A stretch of DNA of 63,143 nt, the filler included. It is 4 parts of 4 records of this genome, joined end to end, with 100 filler letters (N's around TTAATTAATTAA, not from the genome) between each part and the next. Parts side by side here need not be neighbours in the genome. Positions count along the whole stretch, not along the records: positions 53,245 to 63,143 come from DRR723986_5253; 3 more parts are not named here. The stretch is one strand, 5' to 3'. Shown piece after piece: positions 62,774 to 63,143 of this stretch (position 1 is the first letter of the stretch; every line of letters begins with the position of its first letter). Below the pieces are notes generated by a model. That model searched no databases. It had not been told where the DNA came from and saw only the letters and a program-made list of their open reading frames with translations. Position numbers and translations under genes: made by a program.

Positions 62774-63143
62774 TCAGACCTGCATGATCTCGGCTTGTTT
62801 GGTTTCCAGCTGCTCGTCGATCAGCGCGATGTACTTATCCGTCAAATCTTGCATTTCGGTTTCCCAGAACTTTTGATCGTCCTCGGACATCCCGTCGGCC
62901 TTGGCCTTTTTGATCTGGTCCATCCCGTCACGGCGCAGGTTGCGGATCGAAACACGGGCGTGTTCGGCGTATTGCCCCGCCACTTTGGTCAGATCGCGGC
63001 GACGCTCTTCGTTCAGTTCGGGAATGGGCAGCATGATAATGGTGCCGTTCAGCTGTGGGTTGATGCCAAGACCGCTTTCGCGGATCGCCTTTTCCACTTT
63101 CCCAACCAGCGCTTTGTCCCAGACATTGATGGTGACCATGCGC
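62774..63143 (-). CDS. frr: Ribosome recycling factor, 5' truncated
   Basis: [31 protein letters not shown]; position in the cluster. Confidence 0.96.
   Translation of the reverse strand, partial: RMVTINVWDKALVGKVEKAIRESGLGINPQLNGTIIMLPIPELNEERRRDLTKVAGQYAEHARVSIRNLRRDGMDQIKKAKADGMSEDDQKFWETEMQDLTDKYIALIDEQLETKQAEIMQV

Overview
This is not one locus. It is four contigs joined by artificial 100-nt linkers (N44-TTAATTAATTAA-N44 at 13075-13174, 33501-33600 and 53145-53244). Contig A (1-13074; an FCB-group-like bacterium, inferred) is accessory DNA. It carries a soluble TPR histidine kinase, two paralogous small secreted Cys-rich proteins, and three stand-alone carboxypeptidase-regulatory-like domain genes, one of them a pseudogene the ORF track shows only in part. 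It also has an MFS transporter, an ECF sigma factor plus an anti-sigma-like/beta-barrel gene with a back-to-back pair of identical ECF promoter motifs, a PAP2 phosphatase, an OM beta-barrel and a truncated TPR protein. Contig B (13175-33500; gammaproteobacterium) has an acyl-CoA dehydrogenase fragment, a PhzF-family gene, egtB-egtD, cbiZ, tadA, an accessory block, guaA, guaB, xseA, a hydrolase lipoprotein, a Crp-family regulator, lysS and partial prfB. Contig C (33601-53144; Rhodobacteraceae-like) has trxC, a thioesterase, an L,D-transpeptidase, tesA-ybbA-ybbP-like genes, an Rrf2 regulator with an FNR box, gltX, nadE, a MORN protein, leuA with a Leu-rich leader peptide, and mreB. Contig D (53245-63143; Rhodobacteraceae-like) has the frr-uppS-cdsA-dxr-rseP-bamA-skp-fabZ cluster, interrupted between rseP and bamA by a RidA gene, an unannotated 41-aa membrane protein gene and an AT-rich cassette. 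The cassette encodes a PD-(D/E)xK nuclease-like protein and is bounded by inverted, equally spaced bipartite AATG motifs. The best candidates for an undescribed system are this recombinase-less cassette and the interleaved small-protein families with TPR sensors in contig A. All protein calls come from motif recognition by eye; no searches were run.
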